This document shows, one piece after another, positions 1 to 14,641 of a stretch of 64,000 nt of DNA. The notes below the pieces were generated by a model. The model was given only the letters and a program-made list of their open reading frames with translations, did not search any database and was not told where the DNA came from. The position numbers were made by a program, and so were the translations under genes. Each line of letters starts with the position of its first letter. Position 1 is the stretch's first letter. The DNA comes from Chara braunii (lineage: Eukaryota > Plantae > Charophyceae): assembly GCA_003427395.1 (NCBI GenBank), contig BFEA01000007.1:6058237-6122236 (forward strand), read 5' to 3'.

Positions 1-3000
1 GGGAGCTAGCAGGGTTCAGATGGCTCTACATTAAGAGGCCCCAAACTCAGAAAGTACGGGGACATGGCTCGAAGCACAAGAGACATACAACAAGATGAGA
101 CTGAGAGTGACCTAGAGGGATGAGTGAGGACTCGAGTCTAGTGTTGGCCATGCTCTCTTCCATGTACTCTGTGAGATTATTATGAGTTCTCATTCTTCCC
201 TCACTTAACTATGTCATTGCTTGAGTCAGTCAGTCTTGCTTCTTTGCATTGCCATGCTCGATGTTTGCATTTCTCTAAAGGTTCTGTCAAAGTTCTCAAA
301 ATCAGATTGACATAATTGATGCATGCATAACTTTCTACAATTTTTATTATTATTATTTGCAAGATTCTGCTGTCCCGAATCAAAATAAAAGATTCCTAAG
401 ACCGGGGACCGGCGAAGACCGCAATTGAAGGGTCTCGCTCGAAGCCGGACGCACACAAAAGGAAGGGATCTGCATTATTTAATTTAATTTATTTGTTGCA
501 AATAGCATTAAATCGTGCGTGACAACCTGTTGCCTTTCTGGTCGCCCGAAGTGGCCCGACTACAAAAAGTGCGACAACGTGCGTGGGCGGGATCAGTGCA
601 CGTAACTAACTTTAGGGGAAACAATCGAAGATGGACTTAGTGTGCATGTAAGTTCCGACCGAAGGTTTAGAGGTGCGCTTTTTTTTTTTTTTTTTTTACG
701 TGTGGACGACTTAGGAGGCAGAGATTGTTGTGTGCAGGTCGGCGTGATACCGGTTGTATATATGTGGGTGGCTGGTTGTGTGTATTCATGTTTTCATTTG
801 TTTGATGGTAAGCAATTCCAAGGCGGGTGAGAGTCTAGGAAGGGCAAAGAATGCTGCGATCCTGTCGCTTTATGACCGAACGACAATCACACTACCGGTG
901 CAGCGTTATCAACGTCCAAATGCGGACGTGTTTGTGGGACAGATGCAGAAAATCGCGTTGAGTTTCCTCTTCCGCACATCTCCACAAACACGTTCAGATT
1001 CGGGGGTTGAGGAAACTCAATGCTGCTACCGTAGTGGGACTGGGTCCCTGCTCGAAGATACAGCAGCATCCTATGGTCACAAAAAGGTGCGTTTCCAGCC
1101 TGTGGTGGTCCTAGTGTAAAATGTGATCCACGTCCACCCTGTCGTGTATGAACAAAATGTGAACCCGGTCCAAACAATCGGTTCAGGTACAGGTCCAAAC
1201 CTTTGGTCCATGTCCAATATGTGATCTCCTTCCTTGTGGCTTTCAGGTCCAGCCTATGACCCAGGTCCAGAATGTGATCCGAGGCAATCTGTGCCGGTCT
1301 CGGGGCCAAGTCCCAGTTACCCGAATTCTAAATCTCCAACCATAGATCAGGAAGGTCAACGGTCAGAAATGAAGAATCAGCGTAAGTGCGAAGTGGGACT
1401 TGGCCCCTTACGTATCAAGTTCCATCATTTGGATTCGAACCTAGGTCTGTATTTCATCAGTTCATATGTAATTATGGCCGTGTCTGGACTGAAAGCTGCG
1501 TCAAATACAACTATAATGACCGGGCGTTCTATTCGGCTGAAGACGGGTTAGGCTTTTATGGGTTCAGTTACTGGAAGTTTTTTTTTTTTTTTTTTTTTTT
1601 TTTAATCAGGTACTGGAATTTCAGTTCGGCCCAGGGAAGCAAGCGGTCGCGCTCCAACCGCCAATGCTTGGCGATGACCGGTAGTCCTGGAAGTATCGAC
1701 TTAGGCGCACCAAACGAGCTAAATGTGAATGAACCTTCCGCTAGAACATGGAAAGATGCAATGCCATTATTTTGATATTTCTTTGGTGCATTTCCCCTTC
1801 CAACCCCCGCGACGCTGGGGGGGGGGCGGCAGGGGCAGGGGCAGCGAGCTCCCTGCTTCGGTGAAACGCCCGCCATCCTGGCTGCGCCCCCACGCCCAGT
1901 GTGGTATCAGTGCAGGAATTCCTAAACATAGACTAGCGGGAATTCCTAATCGTCTAGACTCAAAGTTGGTCCAAATACATCCCCAAAATACCCCAAATAC
2001 ATCTATATTGACCGTACGTTGTATTCGGGTGAAAATGGTAGTCTAACCGCCCAGAAATTCCTAAAATCCTAAAATCTCTAAGGACTCTCCTGTAAGTTTT
2101 AGGCCTCCGAAGTCCTGAATATAACCTATACTCCATTCTTCAGAGGCCGACGGGGCTTCGGAGCAAAATGGCTGTCGCCCGCAGCCAAAACGAAGGACAA
2201 GAGTAGCCCTAGCAGAAAGAGGCTTGGAGGTTAAGAAAAAAAAAGAAGTGGGCCAACAGTTTTTCATTCCATTGAATGTTGTCGCAACATGTCACACGGC
2301 GGCCGCACATTGTCGCACAGGGTCAACTACACCCTCTATCCAGTGCTAGTGGAACCGCTCTCTGAGTGCCAGTGGAACCAATCTCTAGGGACAAAGTCCT
2401 ACTCGCGGGGCACAGGGCTTTAGACTTGGTTTCGAACGCAGCGGTTCCTGCCATCCTATCTGAACATCTGGCGGTCGGACTGTGGCCACGTGGGAAGAAC
2501 TCGAAAGGAAGACCAAACCGGGAAACCTCACAAACAACCTGGGGGTACCGAGCCCCCGAGCTTTTCGGAATGACGGATTTTCGAATTCGCCCAGGGCGAT
2601 GTAGTGGCGGTTTCACCCATCTCGTGAGGAAGATCAGGTAGGCGGCCCTTCGGCGAAGAGTTGCAACTCAGCTCGCTGCGACATGCCCTTCTTAGCAGCA
2701 GCCGCGGCTCTCCGTCTTTGCTTGGCTTCCGTGGAGCTTGAATGAAATCAGAATCCGTTCGTTATTCGAGGCAGATGCAGATGCCCCTGTATCGACTGGA
2801 TCAAGGGTGGTATTGTATTGTGCTCCCATCGCGAGAAAGAAGGCACCTCAGTCCCGAAGTAGAGATTGGAGGGGGGCTGTTCTGCCGCAACTGGCAATGC
2901 TGGTTTGCTCTGTTCAGTCAGTCAGTCAGCGGAGACACAGAATCTGTCGTTTCCATGCCACGCGAATGTCAAGGAACCCGGCTTCAGGGAGCTCATGCCT

Positions 3001-3086
3001 GAGAGGGGCTGACCAGCGGGGGTGCGGGCGCGCGTGAGGGTGGGCGGGCGTGCAAGAGCGATTAAGAGGGATAGTCGGAGCGCTTC

Positions 3087-3088
<2 letters not shown>

Positions 3089-3135
<47 letters not shown>
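3089..3135 (+). repeat. (GA)n microsatellite just upstream of the putative gene; possible GAGA/BBR-BPC-type element in the 5' UTR or promoter
   Basis: Perfect GA tract ending about 40 bp before ATG 3178; the regulatory role is inferred from land-plant GAGA elements. Confidence 0.8.
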
Positions 3136-3139
<4 letters not shown>

Positions 3140-3177
3140 TTGATTGTGGTGCGCGGCACTCATAGCCAGGATCCTCT

Positions 3178-3739
3178 ATGGACATAGCAGGAGGGCTCGC
3201 AGTTTTTACAACTTTGGACGGCGTACTGAATCTCTCGTCGCAGTTCGGAAGCGCGTCGGCAGCAGCGGCTGCTGCCGCCGCTGCAGCGGCAAGCCAGGCC
3301 CAAGTGCAGCACGTCACATCCTCCGGAGGTAGCAGTCCGCAGGAGAAGAAAGGAGGTGGAGGAGGTGGACGTGAGCTTGTGCCCTTTTCGGCGACTAGCC
3401 CTGGAGGGACCGCCGCGAGCACTAATCCTAAACATCCAGACATGCCGTCCACCGGGAGCTACGCCAGTCAGGCCGCTCAGCGGTTGAAGGAGTACATGCC
3501 CGACTGTAATGCCGTGAAGGTGGAACCATTACTGCGGCCGATGATGACCAAACCGCCAGCAGCGCCCACGGCTGGCACCTCTACGGCTCTTGTCGTTCAT
3601 ACGGAATCAAGTTTCGACGAGAACCGTCTCATACAAGCAGAGTCCAGCCTTTCTGCGGCTAGCAGCTACGATACCGGGCTCAGCATAGATACGCGGAGTG
3701 CAGAACTGCATTCTAACGGCGCCGGAGCGAATAACACCG
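3178..3739 (+). CDS. Probable first coding exon of a host gene; low-complexity Ala/Ser/Gly-rich N-terminus, possibly a regulatory protein
   Basis: GC-rich ORF MDIAGGLAV...GANNT with poly-Ala, poly-Gly and a VKVE (psi-K-x-E) motif. Composition switches abruptly to T-rich at the donor-like ACCG|GTAATA (3739|3740, phase 1). Downstream exons were not identified. Confidence 0.6.
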
Positions 3740-5487
3740 GTAATATATATATATTTTTTGTTTTGTTTTTTGTTTTCCAAGTTCTACTTGTTGATGCTCG
3801 TTTGCTTTCCTTCCTCTCTCACTTGGCCTCCTCACGGCCTGTTTCCTCCTCCCCACCCCGTCTTTATGGCCACCTTTGTATCTCTTCCATTTTGCTCTCG
3901 TGCCCGACCTTGTCCTCCCTCCATCCTCTCCGTCTCATCTGCTCGCCTTTCTATACTCATATTGCTTTTTTTTTCACTGTTTCTCTTTCTACTTCTCATT
4001 TCTCTTGATTTCGCTCACATGTTCATTCTGTGTTTTTTTCTTTTCTCTGTCGTCTCGCTCATTGCCTTCTCTCTCTTCCTGTCACTGCCTTTCTTCTCCT
4101 GTCCACTCCCTTCGGGCTCGTCCTCTTTCCTTGTGCATTTGGAGCTTTGTGTGTGTTCTTTCTTGCTCATCTCCCTCTTCCGCCTCTCGTTTTGTTTGGA
4201 TTCTAGCTCATCTCGCTCTTTCTTTGGTCCCTACGTTCCTCCCTCCCTCTTAATCCCTCTTCCTTTCTTCCTTCCCTTGCCTCTCTATTTTTCATAAGCG
4301 CCTTCTTTCTGCTTCCTGTTGCCCGCGTCCCTTTTCCTTCTGTTTGTTTCTGCACTTCGTGAGTACCTGCAGTTACTGATGATGCACTCTTTTTTATTTC
4401 CCCTTCTTCCAGGCTTTTTTGTCTTGAAGCTTGCAACGTGCCAGCATTGTCAAACATAAGGGAACGAAAGGAAAAGCTAATACCGGGAATTTGCAGTAGG
4501 TTCTGGTGCAACGTGTTCCGCAGCATCAAGAGCGGCCCCGATTTCATCCCTTGTGCTCGCCCATACACATGTGCAGCCGTACACGCGTGAGGTCATCAGT
4601 CGTCAGTGGCCTCTTTACTTTATCCTGCCACACCCCCTGCCCCGTCCCGCCCTGTCCTTCCTACCCTTTCTCGCCCCGCCCCCCCCGGTCCCGCGCCCAC
4701 CCCCCCCCGAGCCAGTATAATGAGGACGGAGGCGGACAGCTTGTGCCCTATCATCATTTATCCTCGGCCTGACAGGCAAACGGTATACTATGCCGCTATT
4801 GCGGAGACGCTGCATTGAGCAAAAACCGACAGGATGAGGGCTATTCTGTCACCTTGTTTTACGTATCGGATTACTCTACCAGGTCTCCCAACGGGAGGCA
4901 TTTCTCCATGCACGCTTTTTGCCCTGCAGGGCAATGACATTTGAGGCACTGAAAGCAGCAATGTGCGTCGGTAACCTACGAAATTGACCGACCGATCGGC
5001 AGCAAAAGGTTGGTTCTCTGATTCCGGCTCACCTTGCCCTGTCCGTTTGCCGTGATGGGATGCAAAACAATCGCTCGATGTTTTTCTTTCTGATGTCACT
5101 CTGTGTTCTTCATTCATGATTGCGTCGAGATGTCGGCTACTGGATGTCGCATTGAGATGAGTCTGTGCTCGGGCTCTCGATTCGACGATTGACGGAGAGC
5201 AATCTGCAAGATGTCGAGGGGTGCGATGAGTCATCATCAGCCGGCTCAGCTATGTTGTGGCGCAGAGTGCGCACTTTGCGGAGAGAGGACCTTTGCAGAG
5301 TTGAGCAGCATGGATCCCACATAGATTGTGCATTATGAGAAGAGTGAGCGGCTAATGTTTTTTCAGTCTGCATCGGTGAACGTGCTTGCTATGAGGCAAG
5401 CTTTCCGCATAGCTTTCCTGGAGGGAGCATGCACAACGAGACAGACCGGAAGTTGACGCGCGCACGCTGGATATAATCCTATTATAT

Positions 5488-5985
5488 AGGAAATGCCGCC
5501 GTCGACAGAGCTTGAGGTGGATGGGCCGTATGAGCGAAATGCTGTCGGTACTCTGTAGGAACGTCTGAGCCAGAAAAACAAGCGCAGAGCAGATGTAGCA
5601 GGCAAGTCAGGGTATTAGTCGTTCTCTTCTCTCTCTCCCCCTCTACCCACGCGATGGTATGGGAAATGCCGCCGTCGACAGAGCTTGAGGTGGATGGGCC
5701 GGCTCAGCGAAGTGCTGTCGGTCCTGTGTAGGAACGTCTGAGGCAAAAAAAGAAGAGCAGAGCAGACGCAGTAGGCAAGTCAGGGTAGTAGTCGTTCTCC
5801 TCTCTCTCTCTCTCCCTCTAGCCACGATATGGTATGGGAAATGTCGCCATCGACAGAGCTTGAGGTGGATGGGCCGGCTTAGCGAAATGTCGTCGTTACT
5901 GTGTAGAAACGTCTGAGCCAAAAAAATAATAGCAGAGCAGATGCAGCAGGCAAGTCAGGGTAGTAGTCGTTCTCCTCTCTTCAGC
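5488..5985. repeat. Tandem triplication, unit about 175 bp
   Basis: GGAAATG.CGCC.TCGACAGAGCTTGAGGTGGATGGGCCG...GGCAAGTCAGGGTA.TAGTCGTTCTC occurs three times. Confidence 0.85.
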
Positions 5986-7273
5986 CTGCTGTCTCGCCGT
6001 ATCGCTCGATTTCCGCATGTTCGTTCTGGTGGTCTGGCTCCCGCTCTGACTCCCAACCTCTTCTTGTTTCCCGTATTTCTCTCTCCAGTCAGCCTTATCT
6101 GTCCATCCCAACCTCTCCTATGGCAAATATTCCATACCCTCCTTGGTCACCCCCTGTGGATATCGTTCACTCTACTTCTCCTGACCGATGTGTAACCCAT
6201 GGCTCTTTTTTCCTTTCCTTCAGCTGTCTGTCTATGGGCTCGGTCACCAGGAGTTGGCGTTCCCTTGAGTCTCAACTTCCTCCATTCTCCTTCCTTGCTT
6301 TCCCTGTCTCGCTCCGGCCCCGTCTCAAATAGCTGGCGGCCCCCTTGAGTGTCAGCATCCTTCCGTTCCCTTTCTCTTGTTCCCTGTGTCCGTCTGACTC
6401 TCATTTTCTCGTTCTCTCATTCTTGTCCTCACAATCTCGCTTCTGACCGCACTTTTTGTGTCCATCGCCGTCTATCACTTTCTTAGTAGTGTCGTCGTCT
6501 CCCCTTGCCTGTTTTGAACTCCAAGTTGGTGATCGATCATCACGAGGGACGCCACGCGACGTTGATGCAGTGCCCCCCACGAAAGTCTGCTGACAGCACA
6601 TTCCAGTTTTGAGCGCGTTCTATTGAGTCTCTTTCAACCCCCTTCAGCTATATAACACTTTAATGAGTCAGGGCTCGCAACTGCGAATCGCCATCTATAG
6701 CTTGCTTGGCGAAAAAGAACCATCACTATTGCCCCGTGTAAGGGAGAGAGGGGTCGGCTCCGAAACGGATGACCTGCTGAAATGGAGCTCCCAGAGAGAG
6801 AGAGAGAGCCTTTGTTGCAGGCTCGGAGCCCCTCTTGGCACTCGGCCTCGGAGAGCTCTTCCTCCCCCCCCCCCGGCCAGGGCTTGGACCTATTCCTCCT
6901 CGCCCTCCTGAGTGTATAAGCGTGCAGAGTCACTGCAGACGGCCGAGGTAGCAGGAATGCAGTTTTAGACGATGAGAGCTGGGATGGTCATACCTGAGCT
7001 TAGCGGAGGAGGTGCCGTTCAATGATTCTTTTTTCGAGTTAAAGACATATCCAAGTTTTCATCTTCTTTTTCATCGCTTCGCCTACGTGTCTGCTGTCGC
7101 TATTCTCGTTCTGTCTGCTCATCTCCCTGCCCGCCTGTCTCCGCTATCCGTAGATCTGTGTGTAGATAACCGCCTTCACTTCCAGTGTCTCTTATGTCTC
7201 TGAGTCAATCTTGTTTCTTCCCGGACGTTCATAGCTCCTCGTCTGTACATCTCTGTCCGTCCCGTCATGTCTG

Positions 7274-7639
7274 GTGCAAAGAGAGATACATTCACCTCCC
7301 TGACTTTGTCTATCGATCGAACTTTCTTTTTTCTTTATGTCAGCTTGTCCGTCTTATCGTACGTCTGCCAGACTCTGCCTTTCTCTGTGTTCCAGTTTGT
7401 TTGTTCTGATGGATGGGGCTGTTTGCCTGCCTGAGGCTGTTCGTTGTTTGTTTGTCTGTGCAAAGAGAGATACGTTCACCTCCCTGACTTTGTCTATCGA
7501 TCGAACTTTCTTTTCTCTTTATGTCAGCTTGTCCGTCTTATCGTACGTCTGCCAGACTCTGCCTTTCTCCATGTTCCAGTTTGTTTGTTCTGATGGATGG
7601 GGCTGTTTGCCTGCCTGAGGCTGTTCGTTGTTTGTTTGT
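7274..7639. repeat. Near-perfect tandem duplication, 184-bp unit
   Basis: Near-identical translations start at 7337 and 7521 (period 184). Confidence 0.9.
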
Positions 7640-8819
7640 GGATATTCCGAATGCACCTATGCCTCCTGTGCATGTCTGTCTGTGGGCCCCGCGCAGGAGT
7701 GCGTTTTGCATACATGGCCTTACGTGGAACATGCACGCTTCTTTATATTGTGCCGTCAATCTTTTCCAGTTTAAGAAAGATTGCATGTATCCACCAATGC
7801 GCATTGCGCATGCGTGAACGCGGACATGGAGGTGTGCGGAAATCGCGGGCTCCTTCGAACACCCGAGCACGTTTATGTTTACATGCATGCGCATCGCCGA
7901 TCTGCATAATCACGTGTCATCCACCCACCCATCTTGATTATGGACGAGCTCACGCATCTACCTATGGCTCGTCACGTTCTAGGTTAAGGAAACCCAGGAC
8001 GCGACAGCTACGTTGGGATAGCATAATTTGCATTCTCGCCGCCGTGATGTCCGGTCAGGTGAATAGGAAGATGTATAGTTTCGTCACATGTGAACCGTTC
8101 TCTACACAAAGAAGCGCCTCCTAGCAACCAGCTCCTTGTTGCTGCTTATGTTCTATCGAGTCCCCTCCGCAATCGTGTACACCATACCAGCGAAGGCGCC
8201 GAAGACCATCACGCTCGTGCCTAAATGTTGCTCGAGCGACATGGCGTCGTTCCTGACGCTCGTGGTAATGGGAGGCAGCTTATACATATGTACATACAAA
8301 TACATACAACGTGGCTGGTCCGTGGCTGGTCCGTGGAATCTTTTTAAACAGATGACGAGACCAGATTGCACGCATTCCCACGAATCTAAGGGTGTAACGG
8401 GCCGACAAGCCACAAAAAACGAGTTACCTCTTCCATGGGTGGATGCTTGTGAGAAGTCTCAGACCCTGCGTCCATTACCCAATCGAACACTTGCGCTGCT
8501 CGGAAAAACATCCATCTTGTTTGTGGATGGAGATGATTCAAGGAGTTAGGTGGGTGTGGGGACGCAGCATCGCCGGCTGCAGTCCCAATTGGTGGGTGTG
8601 GCACACGTCCCTTCCCAATTTCAAAGCCCACGTCAACAGGCATGCATTTCTGGCGAGTTTTGTTCGGCAAACGAGCAATGACCGCGGACGACTGGAGTTG
8701 CAGGAACATAAAGAAAGTCGCTCAGCACTGTCTTTCTGCGGCCTTCATTCATTCTCCTCTTGACTCCTACTACCTTCCTCTCCTCCCCCTCTCCCGCTGA
8801 GTTTTTCTCTGACCGTACT

Positions 8820-8822
<3 letters not shown>

Positions 8823-8895
<73 letters not shown>
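8823..8895. repeat. (TG)n microsatellite
   Basis: Seen directly. Confidence 0.95.
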
Positions 8896-8896
<1 letters not shown>

Positions 8897-9861
8897 TCTC
8901 GTACGTTCTCGTTCTTCGCCGTACACGTCTCTTGTTCTTCAAGTTCCGTTCAGCTTCCCCGCTCTCATTTCCCCCCAATCGACCTTTCTGATCCATCCCT
9001 CTCCCAGTGTCCTCTGTATCTGATCCCCCGGTATTTGTCTATCCGATGCAACTCCCAATGATATCGAGAATGCGGGGCCGGCAGTAGGACGCATGGCGAA
9101 AGGTCTGTCATTGGCGACGGCCGCTGTTTAACTTCATGAATAGCGGTGTCTTCACTGCTCGCCGCTTAGCCCGTGCAAGCTCTTTCGCTCTCCTGCTCTC
9201 TCGAAGGTTCTGCAGGAGACTGAGAGACTGCACGTGATCTGACGGAGGAGATGAAACCACTGTACCGCAAAGATCCGGACTGTCTCCTAGCAGGGCGAAT
9301 GGCTTCCTGCAACAGTCAGTATGGCCTTCGTGGTTGTTTGTTAATCACGTTTAAGAAGTATAGTTCTATGGAAGAATCGGTTTTGATGTTCCCGCTCCGT
9401 CGAGTGCGTTCGGGAACCGTTTTCTCTATCGGAGAAAAATGAATCATCCTATTAGAGGTGAGTAGACTACCGTGTTCTGTCGGAGGACATAAGGGAATAT
9501 GTTATGAGGTTAGGTTCGCTGTCATGCTGTCCTGCAGAAAGGGAAAAAGAAGAGGAATAATGAATATACTAATAACCAAGCTACCCAGGAAACGAACAGT
9601 CTTACCTGTGACTGAAGATGACATTCAGATAGCACACGCGATCAGGTCCATGATATTGATCGGGACTACTCGGCAACATCTGCCGGGATACGATTTCCCG
9701 AATACAGTTGGTCCGCTTGTGTCTCCCTATCTTATGGAAGGTTGTTCCTCTCGACTTTCACCTACAAGTTTGGTGGAAGGTTGTTCTTTTTCTCTCTCTC
9801 TTTTGTTCCTCTCGACTTTCACCTACAAGTTCGGTGGAAGGTTGTTCTTTTTCTCTCTCTT

Positions 9862-9902
<41 letters not shown>

Positions 9903-10431
9903 CATTGTCTCCGTACCTGGGTCTCTGAGCAGACTCCTGCAACGGAAGATGTAGTAAGGGCGAGATGGATGCTTTCCTCTTACGTTTGTCTTGATGTTGT
10001 CATCTCCGCCCAACTACGGTTTTAGCGATGGCGATAAATGCGGGCATGGGCTCCACATTCAGCGCGGAGGTATGAATTTGGATGGCTAACCTCTTCGCTG
10101 TTGTCGGGGATGGTCACTGAAGCTTACGTACCGGTGTTGGTGTCGTCCCGACTTTCTAGTAATTCTACTTCCGCGTGGTATCATGAGCGTGCGTGCTGTT
10201 TTCGGGGATGGTAGATGATGAACGTTGACGTGTCGCGGAGTGAAAGCATGTCCGAGTGTTGGTGTTGTGACGTCCTTTACTCAGCGCAAGGCAATTCTCC
10301 GTACCTGCTCTTGTCAGTTGCCTCGCTGTCTTAAATCTGCCGATTGCCTCTCTTACATTCTCAGTTCCACTCCATCACTGTGTCTGCTTTTTTCTCCCCA
10401 TCACTTTCGATCTCGCTACAGCTCCTTTTGA

Positions 10432-10443
10432 ATTCTCTCTCTC

Positions 10444-10521
<78 letters not shown>
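10432..10521. repeat. (CT)n microsatellite
   Basis: Seen directly. Confidence 0.95.
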
Positions 10522-10524
<3 letters not shown>

Positions 10525-13500
10525 GACAACGATGACCAACATCAACGTTGCCAGGTCAGGTCAGGTGGAGGGCATCGGCATGCTTCTCCAGGTCAGGTCT
10601 GTAGTGGTTGCTACTCCGTACGGTTGTCGTCTCGTTCATCCTCCGCAGCGCCTCGAGCGAAGAAGTGAAAGAGGCTTTCCACACTGGTGATGCAGGACAG
10701 GTATTACGGAGAATGCCTGTAGCAAGTTGTTGTATCTGTTCCTTATTTGCATTCCCCAGTGGCATGATCTCTCTGTCGCTTTGTGTCTGCCTTCTGTCTC
10801 TTCATATCGCTAGGCGTTGGAGGGCATCGTCGTTGTGGTGGTGTGACTGGTGTCACCTGTAGTAGTAGTGGCACTGGTTCGACCTTGATTTTTATGGCCA
10901 GACATCTTCAACGGCATGAGGCGCTCGGAATGAACTAAATGGCGGTAATTGATTCAAAGGCACCAATGCTTATTTCTGTTTTATAGTTTTCCCAGATGCC
11001 CCTCAAAAGTGGTTAGCTGGCATGTTCGATTTTGGGCCCATAGGTTAGCCCCCATCACTGAAATAGGCATTAGGAGGTCGTTTTTCTCAGCTATCTCCCG
11101 TATCTATTTTATCTTCGATCTCGATTTTGGGCCGTTTAAAAGAACAAAAAATGAAAGATTCTAGGTCAACAATGTAGATTGGTGTTTGTCGGATTGTTGG
11201 GACCTAGAGGGTAGATTTGGTGTTTGTCGGATTGTTGGACGTGGCTGTTTTTTTTTCTTTTTTTTTGGGTTAAATATGGTCGGATGGACCAGGGATCAGA
11301 TCTTGAACTTGTCAGCAAGCCCCAAAGTCCTCCAAAATTGCCGCCGAGGCCCGATGGTGTGTTTTGCATGGAAAAGCTTTCTTTGTTGTTGTAATCTTTA
11401 AGAGATGATGATCATAGCACCCTGATCCGAACGGATACTGCACCTGATCTTCTGAATGGAAAAACGATTTCTTTTTACCTCTCAGCAGGATTTGAGGCCT
11501 TTTTTTCTGCGGTCGATTTGTTTGATGTCCACATTGTGGAGTGGCGGCAAGTTTGAGGGAACTAGCGTCCTATATGGTCATGCAGCTAATGCAGTTTTGG
11601 CATTCTCTTCGCACGATCGAACGAGATTGAACGAGTATCTTCCAAACAAGTACGTTCAGGCAGACTGCCACGAATCCCGAGCGATTGAGACGCTCACGGT
11701 CAAGATAAACACTCACTCGAGGTAAGTTCTCTCTGTCGAAAAGCCTTGCGAGTCATTTTTTGAAACTCACATACTGAACTTCTTTGCGGAAAACGTAATG
11801 CGTACGGGTATGAGAAACTACTATGCCATAAAAATATGCAGTCAGAGGCTGACCGCCCATGACTGACATACACAAAAAGACATTTACGCATGATGTCCAT
11901 ATCTCTCGCGTTTTCATTACCTTGTACTTAAACCGGCATTCGCGCTTGGAATGCTGTGTTCGGGTGTCTTCTTTTTCTTTTGTCCCTTATACAGGGCGAC
12001 GGCCTTGAGATATCACCTTTGAACTGACCGTCCGCAGGTAAATTCAGAGATATCACCTTTGAACTGACCGTCCATCGGAATTCGAACTCAGGTCAGACTC
12101 TGTGTTACAGCAGTTTATGGGTATAGCAACTGAGCTAGGACAGTTGGTTGGATCTTTCACATGCGCGCACGCGCGCGTTTGTGCTTGTGCTTGTGCGTGA
12201 GCGCTTGCGTTTGCGTTTGTGCGGGTGTGTGTTTGCGGGTGCGGGATGTGTGTGGCAAACGAGTGCACACTCCTCCCGCTTTCCCTCTTGTTGGTCATCC
12301 CGTTTCCTCACCGTATTTTCCTGTATCAGTGTCACTTGTCGTTAGTCTCCCTCTGCCTCAACCTTGGCCATGTGCTATTCTGTTTCTCATGTGTTAGCTT
12401 TCGGAGATGTCAAGGGGAGCGAGGGGGAGGGCGGGGTGAGGAGAGAATCTATTCGCATCTTCCCGCGGGAAAGAGGTAACCAACGGGTACCGGTGTTGAT
12501 TATTATAAAGTGCCTTTGCGCTCTTGCCGCGGCATGCATTCTTGTTGCCATCCATGACTTTCTCTCTTCGTCTATCCCTTAAACCGGTTAATTGCGAAAT
12601 AGGATGTGCAACGATGCGTTGATGCCTGCAATGAACGACTCATCCCAATCCGTTGACGACATGTGCCCCCACCCTGCCAGAACACTCGTTCCCTCCGGCC
12701 CGCGAACCCCTCTTATAAACGGGCCGGCTGATTGCTCTGAGGGTCGGTGGGGCGGTTGTGGTCTGAGTGTGGTTGTGTGGCTCGAGCATGCTTGCCACGT
12801 TGCCGAGGCCTGATTGTATGCGGATTGCGGTCGGTTAGTCAGTTGGTCAGTTCGCTGCGACCCACGGAAAAGGCACCTGACATGTTACTTACGCGCCATG
12901 AATGTGCAACAGGCATGCTTTTGACATCGACTAACTTGAAAATGTGCCGCGGCGGCTTGCAGTCCTCCGGGTTTCTGGGAGTGAGCGATGGAACAGCAGT
13001 TGCCGTACGCGTATAATAAATGACAGCGCAGCAGCTGAGTGAACGTATAGTAAAATTTCGTCTTCCCGTGCGCCAGCGCGGGCTCGAACCTCTCTCCATC
13101 ACCAGCACAACTATCTCACCTGCCAAAAGGTGGGACATTACAGGCGCGCATTACTGGCACGCATTTGTCAAGAAAGCCCACGAATTTTTGAGTGCTTTCA
13201 TGCGGGATGGAATTCTAGGTAGGCCTAGGGGCGCACTCCGCTACACTTGCTGATGATGTGGTTTTCTGCAGCGGGACGCGTGTGCGTACGTGCGAGAGTA
13301 CAGTTTGGCACAGGTTTGTCGCCCTCTATGTGCATCTTTTCTTTTCCGTCGTTTTGCTGTTCGCATTCGGTATCTGGAAAGACTTGGCGTGCAAGCCTGC
13401 AAGGCGATTGCGGATTTCGGAAGTTCCACCGAAGGCCACGGCAGAGAGGACCTAGCCAACCGCGCTTCCAAGTACAGAGGGACTCACCAGTCGTCCTGTC

Positions 13501-14404
13501 GTTCCGATTCTTTTTTTTCCTGTTTCGCTTGTTTTTAAGATTTTAAATGGCTATGGCCTTGAGATCTCATCTTCCAGCCGACCAGCCCCAGGTAAAGGGC
13601 CTCGCTCCACTACTCACAAAATGTGCAAAACAAGAACGAGTCTTGTGCTAGAACATGGAAAGATACACCGCCTCGCAGTTATTATACTCATCTGATGTCA
13701 GTGACATCGGATCTCACTTCAGTGGGCTGATGCCGTTTTAGCCGGATTACCAAATGGGCCTCGTGAGCCGCCCCCAATAAGGCCGTGGAAACAAGGCGCT
13801 TTACTGTCGATGAACAAAAGATAACGATCAGAGCGAAGCACGTGCGAGAAGACAAGGGGGAAAAGAGAAGGCAGAGAGGGAAAGGAATATTTTGCGGTGA
13901 TATTTTCACACTGTGGGCCTCGCTGCACTACTCTCGAAATGTGCAAAACGAGAGTGAATCTTCCGCTAGAACATGGAAAGATACACGGCCATGATTTTTG
14001 TCTTTTGTGCATTTCAAGAGTAGTGCAGCGAGGCCCTGTCTTCGGCGAAATTCGTTTGAGCGACAATCGCGCCTTTCATTGACAAATTGTCGCATTCACG
14101 CACTCCATTACGTAGCCTCACGGTTTGCGCCGCCTCCTTGCGTGGCGCCGGCCTTGAGACATCATTGCCGAGCGCACCAGGCATAAGTTATTATTTGATG
14201 TCACCAGGCATAAGTTATTATTTGATGTCGACCATCTAGTTCCGTCTGGTCGCGAACATAAGGTTGCATTTTCACATTTCACGGTTGCACCGACTAATGG
14301 CATACTCACACGGCGACCCCAAATCCGCAAAATATGCGGATCTGGGGGGGGGAGGATGAACATCATGCAGAGGAGAGCCTGACACGAGTAGCTCCTGCAT
14401 TTTT

Positions 14405-14405
<1 letters not shown>

Positions 14406-14459
<54 letters not shown>
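14406..14459. repeat. (TAA)n/(TTA)n microsatellite
   Basis: Seen directly. Confidence 0.9.
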
Positions 14460-14641
14460 AAGGGGGCCCTTTTCAGGCTTCCATTATGCTCAAATAACCA
14501 TGAGGCCGGGAATCCCTCAACAATCAACCCGGAAAAGAAAGGTCTGGGAGCATTACCCAGTTTCGCTTCAGGCATTGGGAAAATCCTTCTAGGAACAGAA
14601 TGGCCAAATCTAGACCGATGTCCTGAAATTCCACAACCCTG

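Noticed and set aside
380-2322. Possible DNA transposon remnant with TGTCGCA/TGCGACA and GGTCCA motifs; shares CTAGAACATGGAAAGAT with about 13650 and 13970
   Set aside because: Repeat-like, but no matching TIR pair or TSD could be defined
3740-4297. Hydrophobic ORF extensions that look like membrane proteins
   Set aside because: T/C-rich intron-like sequence after the splice donor
13065-13160. tRNA/SINE-like B-box GGTTCGAGCCC on the minus strand
   Set aside because: No convincing cloverleaf or A-box could be built by eye
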